A stretch of DNA of 64,000 bases, taken from the IMG/VR virus record IMGVR_UViG_3300025614_000002; one strand, 5' to 3'. The DNA is from an uncultured virus (IMG/VR IMGVR_UViG_3300025614_000002) (lineage: Duplodnaviria; Heunggongvirae; Uroviricota; Caudoviricetes). Within the stretch, counting starts at the first letter, position 1. Each line of letters starts with the position of its first letter. A model generated the notes under the pieces. The model had not been told where the DNA came from, made no database searches, and was given only the letters and a program-made list of their open reading frames with translations. Below, one piece after another: positions 55,574-64,000 of the stretch. Position numbers and translations under genes: made by a program.

Positions 55574-56698
55574 TCAGCGCCGGAAGTTGCGGTCGTAGGA
55601 CTTGGCACTCGACGCGTAGCCGATCTCGCCCTGCCGAAGCCCCAGCATCTGGCTGTACTCGGCGTCCGTCTTCGGAGCGGTGTAGCCCTCGAAGTCGAAC
55701 TGGTTCTTGATCAGCTTGTCCAGTCCCTCGTCGTACGTGAGCTCCCCCGAGTCCGACACGTCCACGACGGGGCACGTCTGCTTGTCAGCCAGGGTGAAGT
55801 CCAGCAGGCTGACCACCTTCTCCAGGCTGTAGACGGGGAACCCATCATCGCCCTTCACGCGCTTCACCTGAGACGCGACCTGGTGGTACTCGTGCGGCCG
55901 GGGGTCGTCACAGGAGTCGCAGTCGTACTCGGCTCGCGGGAACTCCACCTCGCCACAGTGGCGGCAGCGGATCTCCTGGTCTCCGTAGGCAGAGACCTCT
56001 CCGTCGGACATGTCCGTGTCCTCGGTCTCGAGCAGCACCTCCTCGCAGTTGGGGCAGATGAACACCGACGGGAAGAGGGTGCCAGCACAGCGGCACATCT
56101 CACGCGCGCGACGGTTGATCTCCTGCACCACCTTGAAGTGCGAGGACGCCATCTCCAGGAACTTCTTCCGGAAGAAGCCGACCTCTTCCATGTTCCCGTC
56201 CTTGAGGATCTGCTTGCGCTCCCGGATGCTCGACACGGGATCCCAGCTGAAGACCTGCTTGCCCTTGAGCTTGCCCCGGGAGTAGAGCAGGGGGGACCCG
56301 TTCTTCATCACCGGAGTGCGCTGGTAGAGCGCGTAGTGGATGACTCCGACGTAGTAGCGGTTGACCTCGTCGTACTTCGGCTCGCTCACGTTGGGGTCTT
56401 CCGCGTCCGCCCGAGCCCGCAGAGTGCTCCCGTCCTCCGCTTCGCGGAAGTAGCCCCAGGAGGTGTTCCCCCGCTCGTTGGTGTACTGCAGCTTGAACAT
56501 CGGCAGACCCAGGTAGGGTGCCGTGACTCCGGGGCGGTCATGGACCGGGTAGCTGCCGGGGGTGAGCTGAAGCCAGGTGCTCTCACCATCCTTCATCTTG
56601 AGCTGATCGGACCACTTGCAGCCCCATCCGTTCCGGCGTCCACCGCCACGGCCGCCACGGCGACCTCGATTTGCACTCAGGGGGATGTTGCGTCCCAT
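55574..56698 (-). CDS. Putative single-stranded DNA-binding protein with Zn-ribbon insert
   Basis: Sits between the primase and polymerase genes. LKMKDGESTWLQL resembles gp32-like N-termini. CRC, CPNC, CRHC and CDSC pairs. ATG at 56698 follows GAGG. Confidence 0.55.
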   Translation of the reverse strand: MGRNIPLSANRGRRGGRGGGRRNGWGCKWSDQLKMKDGESTWLQLTPGSYPVHDRPGVTAPYLGLPMFKLQYTNERGNTSWGYFREAEDGSTLRARADAEDPNVSEPKYDEVNRYYVGVIHYALYQRTPVMKNGSPLLYSRGKLKGKQVFSWDPVSSIRERKQILKDGNMEEVGFFRKKFLEMASSHFKVVQEINRRAREMCRCAGTLFPSVFICPNCEEVLLETEDTDMSDGEVSAYGDQEIRCRHCGEVEFPRAEYDCDSCDDPRPHEYHQVASQVKRVKGDDGFPVYSLEKVVSLLDFTLADKQTCPVVDVSDSGELTYDEGLDKLIKNQFDFEGYTAPKTDAEYSQMLGLRQGEIGYASSAKSYDRNFRR

Positions 56699-57639
56699 AC
56701 TTGCCTCGCTTGACTGATATTGATTGGGTTGCCGCACACGTGCACAAGTTCTTCTTCCAGAAGATCATCCGGTTGATGGATGCCGTCGGGAAGCGCCGCC
56801 ACGTACACGCGCACTGCCTGAAGTTTATGGCTCGCTTTGAGCATCCCTCGACGGCCTGCCGGGTCGTTGTCCAGGCAGAGCACCACTCGGGAGCTCATCG
56901 CTTCTATCGATCTACACTGCGCATCAGACATGCTGCTGCCCATCAGGGCAACCACCGTCGTCAGCCCAGCCTGACAGAACCACAAGGCGGCCTTGAAGCC
57001 CTCGACCACGTACACGGGCTTCCGCTCGTGGCGAAGCTCCGCAACCACCTTGTCTGCTCTCCAGAGGTACTCCCCTTTGTTCAGGTGAGGTACCTCGATT
57101 CCGTACCGGTGCAGCTCTGTCGTGTACACCTTGTACTTTCCGCCGAACTCTGAATCATGGCGGCGGCCGACAATGCCAACCAGCCGCCCCTTCTTGTCTC
57201 TAACCGGGTAGGTCACCCGGCTGAGCTCTCTGTCGTATCCCACGTCGTTTTCAAAGAGCACCCGCTCGTCGAACCCCTCTCTCAAGAGGTCTTCCGGGCA
57301 CCAGTCAAACATCCCCAAGAGCTTCTCGGGGAGGAACACGGGGCCAGGAGAGCGTGCCTTCTTCTTAGTCCGTGACGTGTCTTTCTGCTGGAATTTCTTC
57401 GACAAACGGACAACAGTTGTCCGCTCCTCGCCAGCCATCTCGAGGAACTTCCGGAGGTTTCCGCCCCCACACCCACCAAAGCAGTTCCACAGCCCGTTCT
57501 CGACGTTGACGGAGAAGCTCGGGGAGTTTCCTCCGTGGAAGGGGCAGAACCCCTTGTAGTTGGATTCCGAGCTTCTCCGGAGGTTTTCGACATACTTGCC
57601 GTAGACCTCCAGGAAGTCAGGTTCGGAAGGGGTCTGCAC
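56677..57639 (-). CDS. dnaG: DNA primase (CHC2 Zn finger + TOPRIM)
   Basis: CPFHGGNSPSFSVN...WNCFGGCGGG; VYVVEGFKAA; VALMGS; LCLDNDPAG. The GTG start at 57639 is inferred. Confidence 0.9.
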   Translation of the reverse strand: MQTPSEPDFLEVYGKYVENLRRSSESNYKGFCPFHGGNSPSFSVNVENGLWNCFGGCGGGNLRKFLEMAGEERTTVVRLSKKFQQKDTSRTKKKARSPGPVFLPEKLLGMFDWCPEDLLREGFDERVLFENDVGYDRELSRVTYPVRDKKGRLVGIVGRRHDSEFGGKYKVYTTELHRYGIEVPHLNKGEYLWRADKVVAELRHERKPVYVVEGFKAALWFCQAGLTTVVALMGSSMSDAQCRSIEAMSSRVVLCLDNDPAGRRGMLKASHKLQAVRVYVAALPDGIHQPDDLLEEELVHVCGNPINISQARQVWDATSP

Positions 57640-59029
57640 GCTTCTTCGCGGGCTTCTTCTTTGCGGGGTCTGCCTTCGGGGGCCCTCCGGCGCCACGCGC
57701 CGCGGCTTCGGATTCTTCCATCTTTGCCTTCTCCGCAAGGAACTGCTTGATGCTCACCGTGGACTGTTGAACGCTGAAGTCGGATCCTGGGTTGGCGTTG
57801 ATGACGAAGGGCGGGATGACGGTCTCTCGAGACTTCGAGAAAACCAGCATGATCGAGGCCCCTCTGCCCGTGGGGTTGGGACCTCGGAAGGCCCGCACAG
57901 CGATGTCTGCGTCCTGTCCGATTCCATCTGCGAAGGACAGGTCGTCGAGGTCTCCAGACGGCTCCTTGGCGTTGGCGCGGTTGGCCTGGGTGGTGCCTAC
58001 GACCGGGCACTCACAGAACTGAGCCATGCCCTTGAGGTCCTGTGAGATGTGCCCGATCTGCTTCCAGTCCGCGCTGCGCTGCCCAGAACGTCCATCCCGC
58101 ATCAGGTAGAACCCGTCCACTACGATGAGATCCGGCTGGAACCGCTCAGCAGCAGCGATGAGGTTCTCGACCGTACTGGCCTTCCGCTTGCCCTTGTCGC
58201 TCAGAAACAGCAGTGAGCGAGTACGTCCGCGGGGGTTCGCGTCTTCTTCCTCCGTCTCCGCGAGGATCTCCAGCATGTCGAAGAACTCGTCCCTGTCTTC
58301 CGGGGTGAGCGCCCCTCTCCGGAGCCGGTCGTAGCAGACTCCGGCCAGGATTGAGCTCACACGCTTCAGCATCGCTACTCGAGAGATCTCCTTGGAGAAG
58401 ATCATCACTCGGTAGTTGTCCAGGTACGCCTGCGCGGCGATGGCACAGGCCAGCCAGGTCTTCATGTTGCCTGGGCGGCCGTAGATGACGATGAACTCTT
58501 CGTCCATCATCCCGCCCGTCTTCTGGTTCAGGAGCGTCCAGGGGTAGGGGATGCCAATGAGGCCCCCGCCTTCCTCCTGGGTGTTGTACTCCTGGCGCAG
58601 AAGATCGACCGAGGCCGAGAGCAGGATGCCCTCGTCTTCATGCGCCTCTACGTTCATCCTCCGGAACTTCGGCAGGAACCCATCGAGGATGGCCGTGGGG
58701 TCCTGTCCGTCTGCCAGCTCATCCTGTAGGTCATTCAGGAGGACCTGCAGGTCGACCTGCGACTTCTGGGTACGCACCTCACGGATCAACGCCGGGAGAG
58801 AGTTCCGAGAGGGGCTGAAGTCGAAGTCGGGGAACTTCCTCAGGAACCGCTCTACCGACGGCACCTCTCCGCGCTGTTGGGGGTCGTGGTACTCAGACCA
58901 GAGCCAGGCGAAGCCCTCGTGCGCGGCCTCCAGCGCGAACATCTCAGGGGTGACCCCTTTCTTCTTTGGAGTCTGAAAGTCCCCGGTCTCCAGGATGTTG
59001 CTGATCAGCTCAAGCTCTGGGTGCGACAT
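57617..59029 (-). CDS. dnaB: Replicative DnaB-like (SF4) helicase
   Basis: VIYGRPGNMKTW, IFSKEIS, LIVVDGFYLM, ISQDLKGMA, TTQANR, DGIGQDAD. Confidence 0.92.
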   Translation of the reverse strand: MSHPELELISNILETGDFQTPKKKGVTPEMFALEAAHEGFAWLWSEYHDPQQRGEVPSVERFLRKFPDFDFSPSRNSLPALIREVRTQKSQVDLQVLLNDLQDELADGQDPTAILDGFLPKFRRMNVEAHEDEGILLSASVDLLRQEYNTQEEGGGLIGIPYPWTLLNQKTGGMMDEEFIVIYGRPGNMKTWLACAIAAQAYLDNYRVMIFSKEISRVAMLKRVSSILAGVCYDRLRRGALTPEDRDEFFDMLEILAETEEEDANPRGRTRSLLFLSDKGKRKASTVENLIAAAERFQPDLIVVDGFYLMRDGRSGQRSADWKQIGHISQDLKGMAQFCECPVVGTTQANRANAKEPSGDLDDLSFADGIGQDADIAVRAFRGPNPTGRGASIMLVFSKSRETVIPPFVINANPGSDFSVQQSTVSIKQFLAEKAKMEESEAAARGAGGPPKADPAKKKPAKKRADPFRT

Positions 59030-59314
59030 CTACAGTTCTTCCTCGTTGTGCTGTGGGGTCTCAGGGGGCGCATCCACCAGCCCGAGGTCTTCGTTGATGA
59101 CTGACTGGATGTCGCGCACCACCGCAAACAGCCGCGCCACGAGCTCTGCATGCTTCTCGTCCAGCGTCGTCTCCCCTCCCCCGATGGTTCCCTCGAAGGT
59201 GGGTGTGGTGAGGTTGACGACGTAGGCTGCGCGGACTGTGGACTGTCGGACGGAGGCCTCCACCGAGACGAGCTCGATGGAGGTGGTGCTACGAGGTCCG
59301 GATGTCACGGTCAA
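59030..59314 (-). CDS. Hypothetical protein
   Basis: About 92-94 aa, AGGAG RBS. The start is TTG at 59314 or GTG at 59308. Confidence 0.65.
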   Translation of the reverse strand: MTVTSGPRSTTSIELVSVEASVRQSTVRAAYVVNLTTPTFEGTIGGGETTLDEKHAELVARLFAVVRDIQSVINEDLGLVDAPPETPQHNEEEL

Positions 59315-59534
59315 GCTCCTTGGCCTGCGACACCGCAGAAGCCAGGCTCTCGGACACCAGCTCCGCCGCGATTACAACCGCAGCCATCACGCCGTCCTCA
59401 CTCTGGTCACAGGTCAGGGTGAGGCCGACTGAAACGTCAAAGCCGTTCCCGAAGTCCTTGTCCGAGTAGGACTGCCGGTAGTTGATCTGGGCCTTCTCGT
59501 CGCCGAGCAGCGAGATGAGCTGGTCGTCTTCCAT
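59289..59534 (-). CDS. Hypothetical protein, 81 aa
   Basis: ATG at 59534 after AGGAG, inside track ORF 59289..60002. MEDDQLISLLGDEKAQINY... Confidence 0.65.
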   Translation of the reverse strand: MEDDQLISLLGDEKAQINYRQSYSDKDFGNGFDVSVGLTLTCDQSEDGVMAAVVIAAELVSESLASAVSQAKELDRDIRTS

Positions 59535-59629
59535 ATTGAGATGCTCCTGGGTGATTGGGACCGAGAAGTCCCGTCTGTCGCTCTTGCCGTTCCTCACTTC
59601 TCCGTAGAGCTCGCCGACGGGCCGGCGCA

Positions 59630-60055
59630 CTACTGGAGGGCCTTCGGGATGGTCACGCGAAGCGTGCCCTTCTTCAAGGTGAACATCTGCCCGTAGATGG
59701 CGCGGAGCTCGGGGTTGAGCCGCTCCATCTGCGTGGGATTGACGGTGTACCCGATCACCCCGTACCGGAAGAGCTCGTCCATGTGTCCCCGCTCCTCCGC
59801 CTCCTCCACGATGTCCTCGGAATCGTACACCTTCTTGTCGGAGCCCGACGACACCCGGAACTGGTAGGCTCCGATCTTCGTGCTTCCGGCCCCGCCTTCG
59901 CGGAGCTCCTTCTTCGCCTCGTTCACGAGGGCGGGCCTCTTCGCCTCCAGCTCGCGGAGCATGTCCACGGCATCCGAGTCGGCCAGCTTCAGCCGCTCCC
60001 ACAGGGCGGAAATCTCGTCGTTCGTCTCGAGCAGTGCGTCAACAGCGGTAGGCAT
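59630..60055 (-). CDS. Hypothetical protein, 141 aa
   Basis: ATG at 60055 (TGATG overlap, GGAGG RBS). MPTAVDALLETNDE... Confidence 0.75.
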   Translation of the reverse strand: MPTAVDALLETNDEISALWERLKLADSDAVDMLRELEAKRPALVNEAKKELREGGAGSTKIGAYQFRVSSGSDKKVYDSEDIVEEAEERGHMDELFRYGVIGYTVNPTQMERLNPELRAIYGQMFTLKKGTLRVTIPKALQ

Positions 60056-60768
60056 CAGTGGCCTCCAATCAGGGTCTTGTGGTGGCTGATGAGGGACAGC
60101 GCAAAGCGCAAATCCCGGATGGTCTCGTAGGTGTGGCCTCGCCCCTCTTTCACAAGGGGTCCATCTCCCTTGCGCAGGAGGAAGCCAGGGCTCAGTGTAG
60201 GCAGCATGGCGTACCGCACCGGACGTCCGGTGCTCGGGGAGTCGATGGAGATGTCCATCAGTCCCCCGCGCTTGTCCATGATGGCCACCTTCTTCCCAAG
60301 GAGGGTCGTAGCGGCGACCTTCCCTCCTGCGATGATGAGCAGGGGGTCGATGGCGTAGATGGTCCGATGCAGGCGATTCCTGCACGCCTTCACTTCTTTC
60401 GCGCTCGGGGTTCGATCGTCTTCAGGGCGGCACATCACCGCGTTGGTGAAGAAGATGTGGCCCTCGAGGTAGTTCCGCAGATTCTCGAAGAAGGCGTCGT
60501 TCTCCTCGATCATGCGTACTTCTTCCAGCTCTGGACTGTCCCACCACGCCTTCTCGAAGAGCTGAAGTAGGAGTCTCCCGGCAGGTCCCACGAATGGGTA
60601 CCCCGCCTCATCATCTTCGATGCCTGGGGCCTCTCCCACGTAGAGGATTCGAGCACTGACGCTGCCAGATCCGAAGACTGGCTGCACTCGACTCTCGCAG
60701 AGGAGTTCACAGGCGTCACATCGAGAATACTCCTCAAGGAGTGCCCTCAACGCAGTACTACCTATCAC
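60055..60768 (-). CDS. Uracil-DNA glycosylase family 4-like (SPO1 polymerase N-terminal-domain type)
   Basis: CDACELC, VFGSG, YVGEAPG..DD..G.PFVGPAG, FTNAVMCRP...TPS..EV.AC. Motif B reads LPTLSPGFLLR. Confidence 0.88.
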   Translation of the reverse strand: MIGSTALRALLEEYSRCDACELLCESRVQPVFGSGSVSARILYVGEAPGIEDDEAGYPFVGPAGRLLLQLFEKAWWDSPELEEVRMIEENDAFFENLRNYLEGHIFFTNAVMCRPEDDRTPSAKEVKACRNRLHRTIYAIDPLLIIAGGKVAATTLLGKKVAIMDKRGGLMDISIDSPSTGRPVRYAMLPTLSPGFLLRKGDGPLVKEGRGHTYETIRDLRFALSLISHHKTLIGGH

Positions 60769-60780
60769 GATATTTTCTCC

Positions 60781-62160
60781 TTATGGTAGGTCTTCCCATC
60801 TCCACTTCCTTATGACTCGGTAGCCCTTTTCTCGGGATTTGCGGATCAGGGAGTGGATCATTCCCCGGAACGTGTCCACCGAGGAATCGAGTAGCAGGAA
60901 GACAAGAGGGTTCGGCTTTCCGTCGAGGGCACGCAGTACCCGGCCCACACTCTGCTCGTAGGCGATGGCAGAGTGAGACCTGGCAGCGAACGGGGTCATC
61001 AGGACCAGGGTGTCCAGGTCTTTCCGGTTGTACGCCGCGGCCCCCACCCCGAGAGAGGCGAAGACCAAGTCGGAGCCGTTGAGGCGTTCCAGGCGCTCCT
61101 TCGACTTCGTCTTCCCGTGGATCACTGTGCTCCCGGGGTTCTGGGCGTGCAGGTGCTCCAGGTGGTCGGGGCCATGGGAGAGGGCGTAGACGATCCGTCC
61201 GCGCTTCTTGAGCTCATCCAAGAGCCGTTGGATGAGGGAGTTGCGGTCTTCGTTCTGCGCCAGAACCTTGTGGGCGCGGCCCACATTGAACTTCCCATTC
61301 CGATCCAGCATCCCCTTTCGCTCGTCCTCCCGGAAAAACACTCCCATGTCGAGCACGTAGACCGTGGGGTCGAGGTCCTGCTCCACGTTGGAGTGGAAGA
61401 TGGGCCCCAGGTTGGTCAGGAAGATGCCCTCGCACCGGTCAGTCCGCACTGGCGTGGCGCTCAGCCCCAGACGCATCCCAGCCCCCACGGCGCACGCCTG
61501 GGAGAAGAAATCCGCGCCCATGATGTGGCACTCATCGTAGATCACCAGTCCGAACTTCCTGTAGAAGTCCGCAGGGAGTCTCCCGGTCTGCGCCCTGCGC
61601 GCCAGCATGTTCACTGTCGAAAGACAGATCCCAGCTTCGTAGTCGAACTTCTTCCCCTGGATCCAGCCAGTCTCCCCTCGGTAGTCGAAGAACTCGTCGA
61701 GCTCTCCCAACCAGTTGTCCAGGTGCGCCCTCTGGGGGCTCACCACCAGAGTGGACACCTTCTCATGGGCGGCCTTGTTCCACGCCAAGACGGTCTTGCC
61801 CAGGCCACACGCCAGATTCAGGACGCCTGAGTGCGCTGCCTTCAGGTCCTCCCATGCCTCTACTTGGTTGTCGCGTAGTTGGAATGCCGGCTTGGCGGTG
61901 AGGTCGATGCTGTCGAACTCAGTGGGCCGCAGATCTACCACCTCGCAGCCAAGCTCCTCAACCTGCTTGTCCGTCAGGGTGTACAGCGGGACCTGGTAGT
62001 GGAACTTGTGAGTCCGCATGAGGGCGCGGCGCTGCTCTTCCGGGTCGGCCCCGAAGGTCAGAAGACCTTCGAGGATCCCAGAAGACACCGCAGACCGGGG
62101 CAGGAACAGGTGCCTGCCCCGGTATACGACGCCCGCCTCGAGGTGAGGCAGTCTTGTCAC
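60781..62160 (-). CDS. SF2 helicase (UvsW/XPB/ResIII-like)
   Basis: LRDNQ, LACGLGKT, IYDECH, LGLSATP, QSVGRVLR. Confidence 0.9.
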   Translation of the reverse strand: MTRLPHLEAGVVYRGRHLFLPRSAVSSGILEGLLTFGADPEEQRRALMRTHKFHYQVPLYTLTDKQVEELGCEVVDLRPTEFDSIDLTAKPAFQLRDNQVEAWEDLKAAHSGVLNLACGLGKTVLAWNKAAHEKVSTLVVSPQRAHLDNWLGELDEFFDYRGETGWIQGKKFDYEAGICLSTVNMLARRAQTGRLPADFYRKFGLVIYDECHIMGADFFSQACAVGAGMRLGLSATPVRTDRCEGIFLTNLGPIFHSNVEQDLDPTVYVLDMGVFFREDERKGMLDRNGKFNVGRAHKVLAQNEDRNSLIQRLLDELKKRGRIVYALSHGPDHLEHLHAQNPGSTVIHGKTKSKERLERLNGSDLVFASLGVGAAAYNRKDLDTLVLMTPFAARSHSAIAYEQSVGRVLRALDGKPNPLVFLLLDSSVDTFRGMIHSLIRKSREKGYRVIRKWRWEDLP

Positions 62161-62531
62161 TCCTTTCTCCTCTTCCGGAACGAGGGATACCTCTTTCGGG
62201 GGATCCCACTGAGAGCCTGCGTCAGCGTCTCGCTCATGGCGGTAGCGGCGTTGAGGCTCGAGTTGTACGTGAGCGCGGACACAAAGGTGTCCCCCTCGTC
62301 AGGATCCTCTGTGGGGACCGGAACTGACCGCCCGTTGGTGGGGTGCCCCTTCTTTGGCCCCGGGGTATCTCTGCTCCGGCCGGATTTCCCTGCCTGGACC
62401 TTGATCCGGCAGGTTCCTTTGTACCGGCAAGCCCGGCAAGTGCTATCCGTGATGTCGTAGTAGTCTTCCTCTCCGTAGCACCCTGGCTTCTCCTCGGTAT
62501 GGGTTGAATATCGGCTTGTGAAGTCACCCAT
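62157..62531 (-). CDS. Hypothetical Cys-containing protein; first gene of the replication block
   Basis: 124 aa, AGGAG RBS; CYG...CRACRYKGTC. Confidence 0.75.
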   Translation of the reverse strand: MGDFTSRYSTHTEEKPGCYGEEDYYDITDSTCRACRYKGTCRIKVQAGKSGRSRDTPGPKKGHPTNGRSVPVPTEDPDEGDTFVSALTYNSSLNAATAMSETLTQALSGIPRKRYPSFRKRRKE

Positions 62532-62544
62532 GGACGCTCCTAAG

Positions 62545-62568
62545 ACCCTGGTGATGTGCTACCAGGGT
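62545..62568. promoter_or_regulatory. Inverted repeat in a divergent intergenic region (operator candidate)
   Basis: ACCCTGGT-8 nt-ACCAGGGT lies between the divergent starts at 62531 (-) and 62615 (+). Confidence 0.5.
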
Positions 62569-62614
62569 TATGACAGAGTATGATGTTCCCTACATCTGGC
62601 GCAGAGGTGCAGTG

Positions 62615-63646
62615 ATGGAAGTGATCGACCAGTACGATGACCTGGGCGAGCGGTTCTCGCGGTCGGAACTCGCAGCACTCGCCACCTCGCTGCTCAAAGA
62701 AGCCTCCTGGGTGGAGCGGGATGACCTCCTCGACCGGGACTTCGCGCTCATCCTGGTGGACGGCGAAGGGAAGGAGCACCGGAAGTTCGCTTGCTACGAC
62801 GCAGGCTCCACTCTGGTCTCGCAGTGGTACCTCCTGAACGCGACCCACGGGCTCCCCGACACCGCGATGAAGGTCGCCTCGGTGAACCTGACTCGAGCAG
62901 CGCAGCACTACGGAGTCATCACAGACGGAGATCTGGAGAAGGCCGCTTCTGCCCCGCTGGAGGGAGCAGATGAGCGCCGGGTCTTCCTCTCCGTCGCCCC
63001 GTCTCGCCCCTCGACCTCCCCGTCCGTCATCCGCAAGGTGGCATCGGCCTTCGACGTGATGACGGAGGTGACCCGGGAGTGGGCAGACCTCGACCCCTAC
63101 GATCGGCATGACGCCGCAGTGGACCTGGTGAAGATGGCGTCCCTCACGGGGGCCACGGTGCCAGATCACATCTTCCAGTACAGCGGCACGGAGCTCAGCC
63201 CGCGCTTCTCCAAGGTCGCACAGGCGCGGCGGGAGTTCACTACCCGTGAGGACACGCGAGAGGGGTACCTCCGCCTCTCGAAGATGGCCGCGGCGATGGA
63301 CACCGAGGATGTCGTTGAGGCGATGTTCCTCCTGGACGAGCAGGCGGGTGTGACTGGCCGCTACGGCGCGCGTCTCCCCGATCCAGTTCTCGCGGTCTAC
63401 GGGGCCACGAAGGAGGCCGAGTTCTCCTGGATCCAGGGCGGCGACTACGTCAACGAGCGCATGCTGAAGAGCTACTCCGGCAGCAGCGCGTTCAACGCCA
63501 CCAGTGGCAAGGTCTTCACGGACGCGGTCTGCGACCGGTTCAAGAAGGACCCGATCGGCACCTTCAAGGCCATGCCTCCCGAGCAGCAGAAGCTCATGGC
63601 CCGCCTCGCCTCCCAGTCCCGAGACAGCAACGATGGCGGCAACTGA
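62615..63646 (+). CDS. Hypothetical protein rich in K-x-A motifs (possible head/scaffold-associated)
   Basis: ATG at 62615 after GAGGT, 343 aa. Contains LLKEAS, MKVAS, LEKAAS, RKVAS, VKMAS, SKVAQ, SKMAA and TKEAE. Confidence 0.8.
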   Translation: MEVIDQYDDLGERFSRSELAALATSLLKEASWVERDDLLDRDFALILVDGEGKEHRKFACYDAGSTLVSQWYLLNATHGLPDTAMKVASVNLTRAAQHYGVITDGDLEKAASAPLEGADERRVFLSVAPSRPSTSPSVIRKVASAFDVMTEVTREWADLDPYDRHDAAVDLVKMASLTGATVPDHIFQYSGTELSPRFSKVAQARREFTTREDTREGYLRLSKMAAAMDTEDVVEAMFLLDEQAGVTGRYGARLPDPVLAVYGATKEAEFSWIQGGDYVNERMLKSYSGSSAFNATSGKVFTDAVCDRFKKDPIGTFKAMPPEQQKLMARLASQSRDSNDGGN

Positions 63647-64000
63647 TCTGCAGCTCTTCCGGGATGAGCAAGCTCACCCCCTGGTCCTACTCCGTGCCTG
63701 CCTCCGCCTGTTTGGGGCAGAGGTGCTGGAGTGGGAGCCCACGGTCGTGAAGAGGTCGATCGAAGACGCCACTGAGGCCACCGTATCTCGCGTGAACTTC
63801 GTGAAGATCCTGGCGGCCCTGACCGTCGCGAACCGCGACAACTTCTGGCTGGAGTGGGAGACCTTCCACTTCTTGTCCCAGGCGTTGAACAACAACCTCC
63901 CCTCGGCAGGTGCCATCCAAGATCAGAGCGTCGGACAGATGATGGTGGCGGTGGACATCGCTGCCAGCATCCGGAAAGAGCTGGGGACGCTCTCGGAGGT
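63633..64000 (+). CDS. Hypothetical protein (partial, runs off the window)
   Basis: ATG at 63633: MAATDLQLFRDEQAHPLVLLRACLRLFGAEVLEWEPTVV...; open to the end of the window. Confidence 0.75.
   Translation, partial: MAATDLQLFRDEQAHPLVLLRACLRLFGAEVLEWEPTVVKRSIEDATEATVSRVNFVKILAALTVANRDNFWLEWETFHFLSQALNNNLPSAGAIQDQSVGQMMVAVDIAASIRKELGTLSE

Noticed and set aside
1..64000. Alternative genetic code, tRNA or rRNA genes
   Set aside because: Long genes are intact under code 11 and use TGA, TAG and TAA as stops with tight overlaps. No cloverleaf or rRNA-like region was seen by eye; tRNAscan was not run.

Overview
This 64 kb window looks like part of a large, high-GC (roughly two-thirds by eye) tailed dsDNA bacteriophage genome, probably a contractile-tailed jumbo or large myovirus. 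It is densely packed, with many ATGA/TGATG/GTGA stop-start overlaps. I saw no rRNA, tRNA, CRISPR array, integrase or transposase. Layout: (1) 1-7988 (+): small hypotheticals, a GroES-like co-chaperonin, a ribbon-helix-helix protein, a 958-aa multidomain protein (SWIM / ParB-like / SNF2 helicase / HNH) and a putative ADP-ribosyltransferase. (2) 8037-11126: a mostly minus-strand island carrying an ATP-dependent DNA ligase. (3) 11174-46667 (+): a tail and baseplate block with a tape-measure-like protein, a hub-like protein with an inserted M15-type peptidase, a sigma factor, Ig-like proteins, gp25-like and baseplate-J-like proteins, and three giant proteins that share a repeated beta module. (4) 46870-62531 (-): a replication/recombination block (RusA-like, Cas4-like, Hjc-like, RecA, HU-like, PolA, SSB-like, DnaG, DnaB, family-4 UDG, SF2 helicase). 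(5) 62615-64000 (+): the start of another block. The most striking signal is a short K-x-A motif (FEKEA, LKVA, AKTA, QKTA, VKQA). It sits at the domain boundaries of the 958-aa protein, ends short N-terminal leaders of the sigma factor and an 80-aa protein, and occurs 8 times in a 343-aa protein. This suggests a protease-processed polyprotein or capsid-cargo system. All product calls come from motif recognition by eye; no database searches were run.
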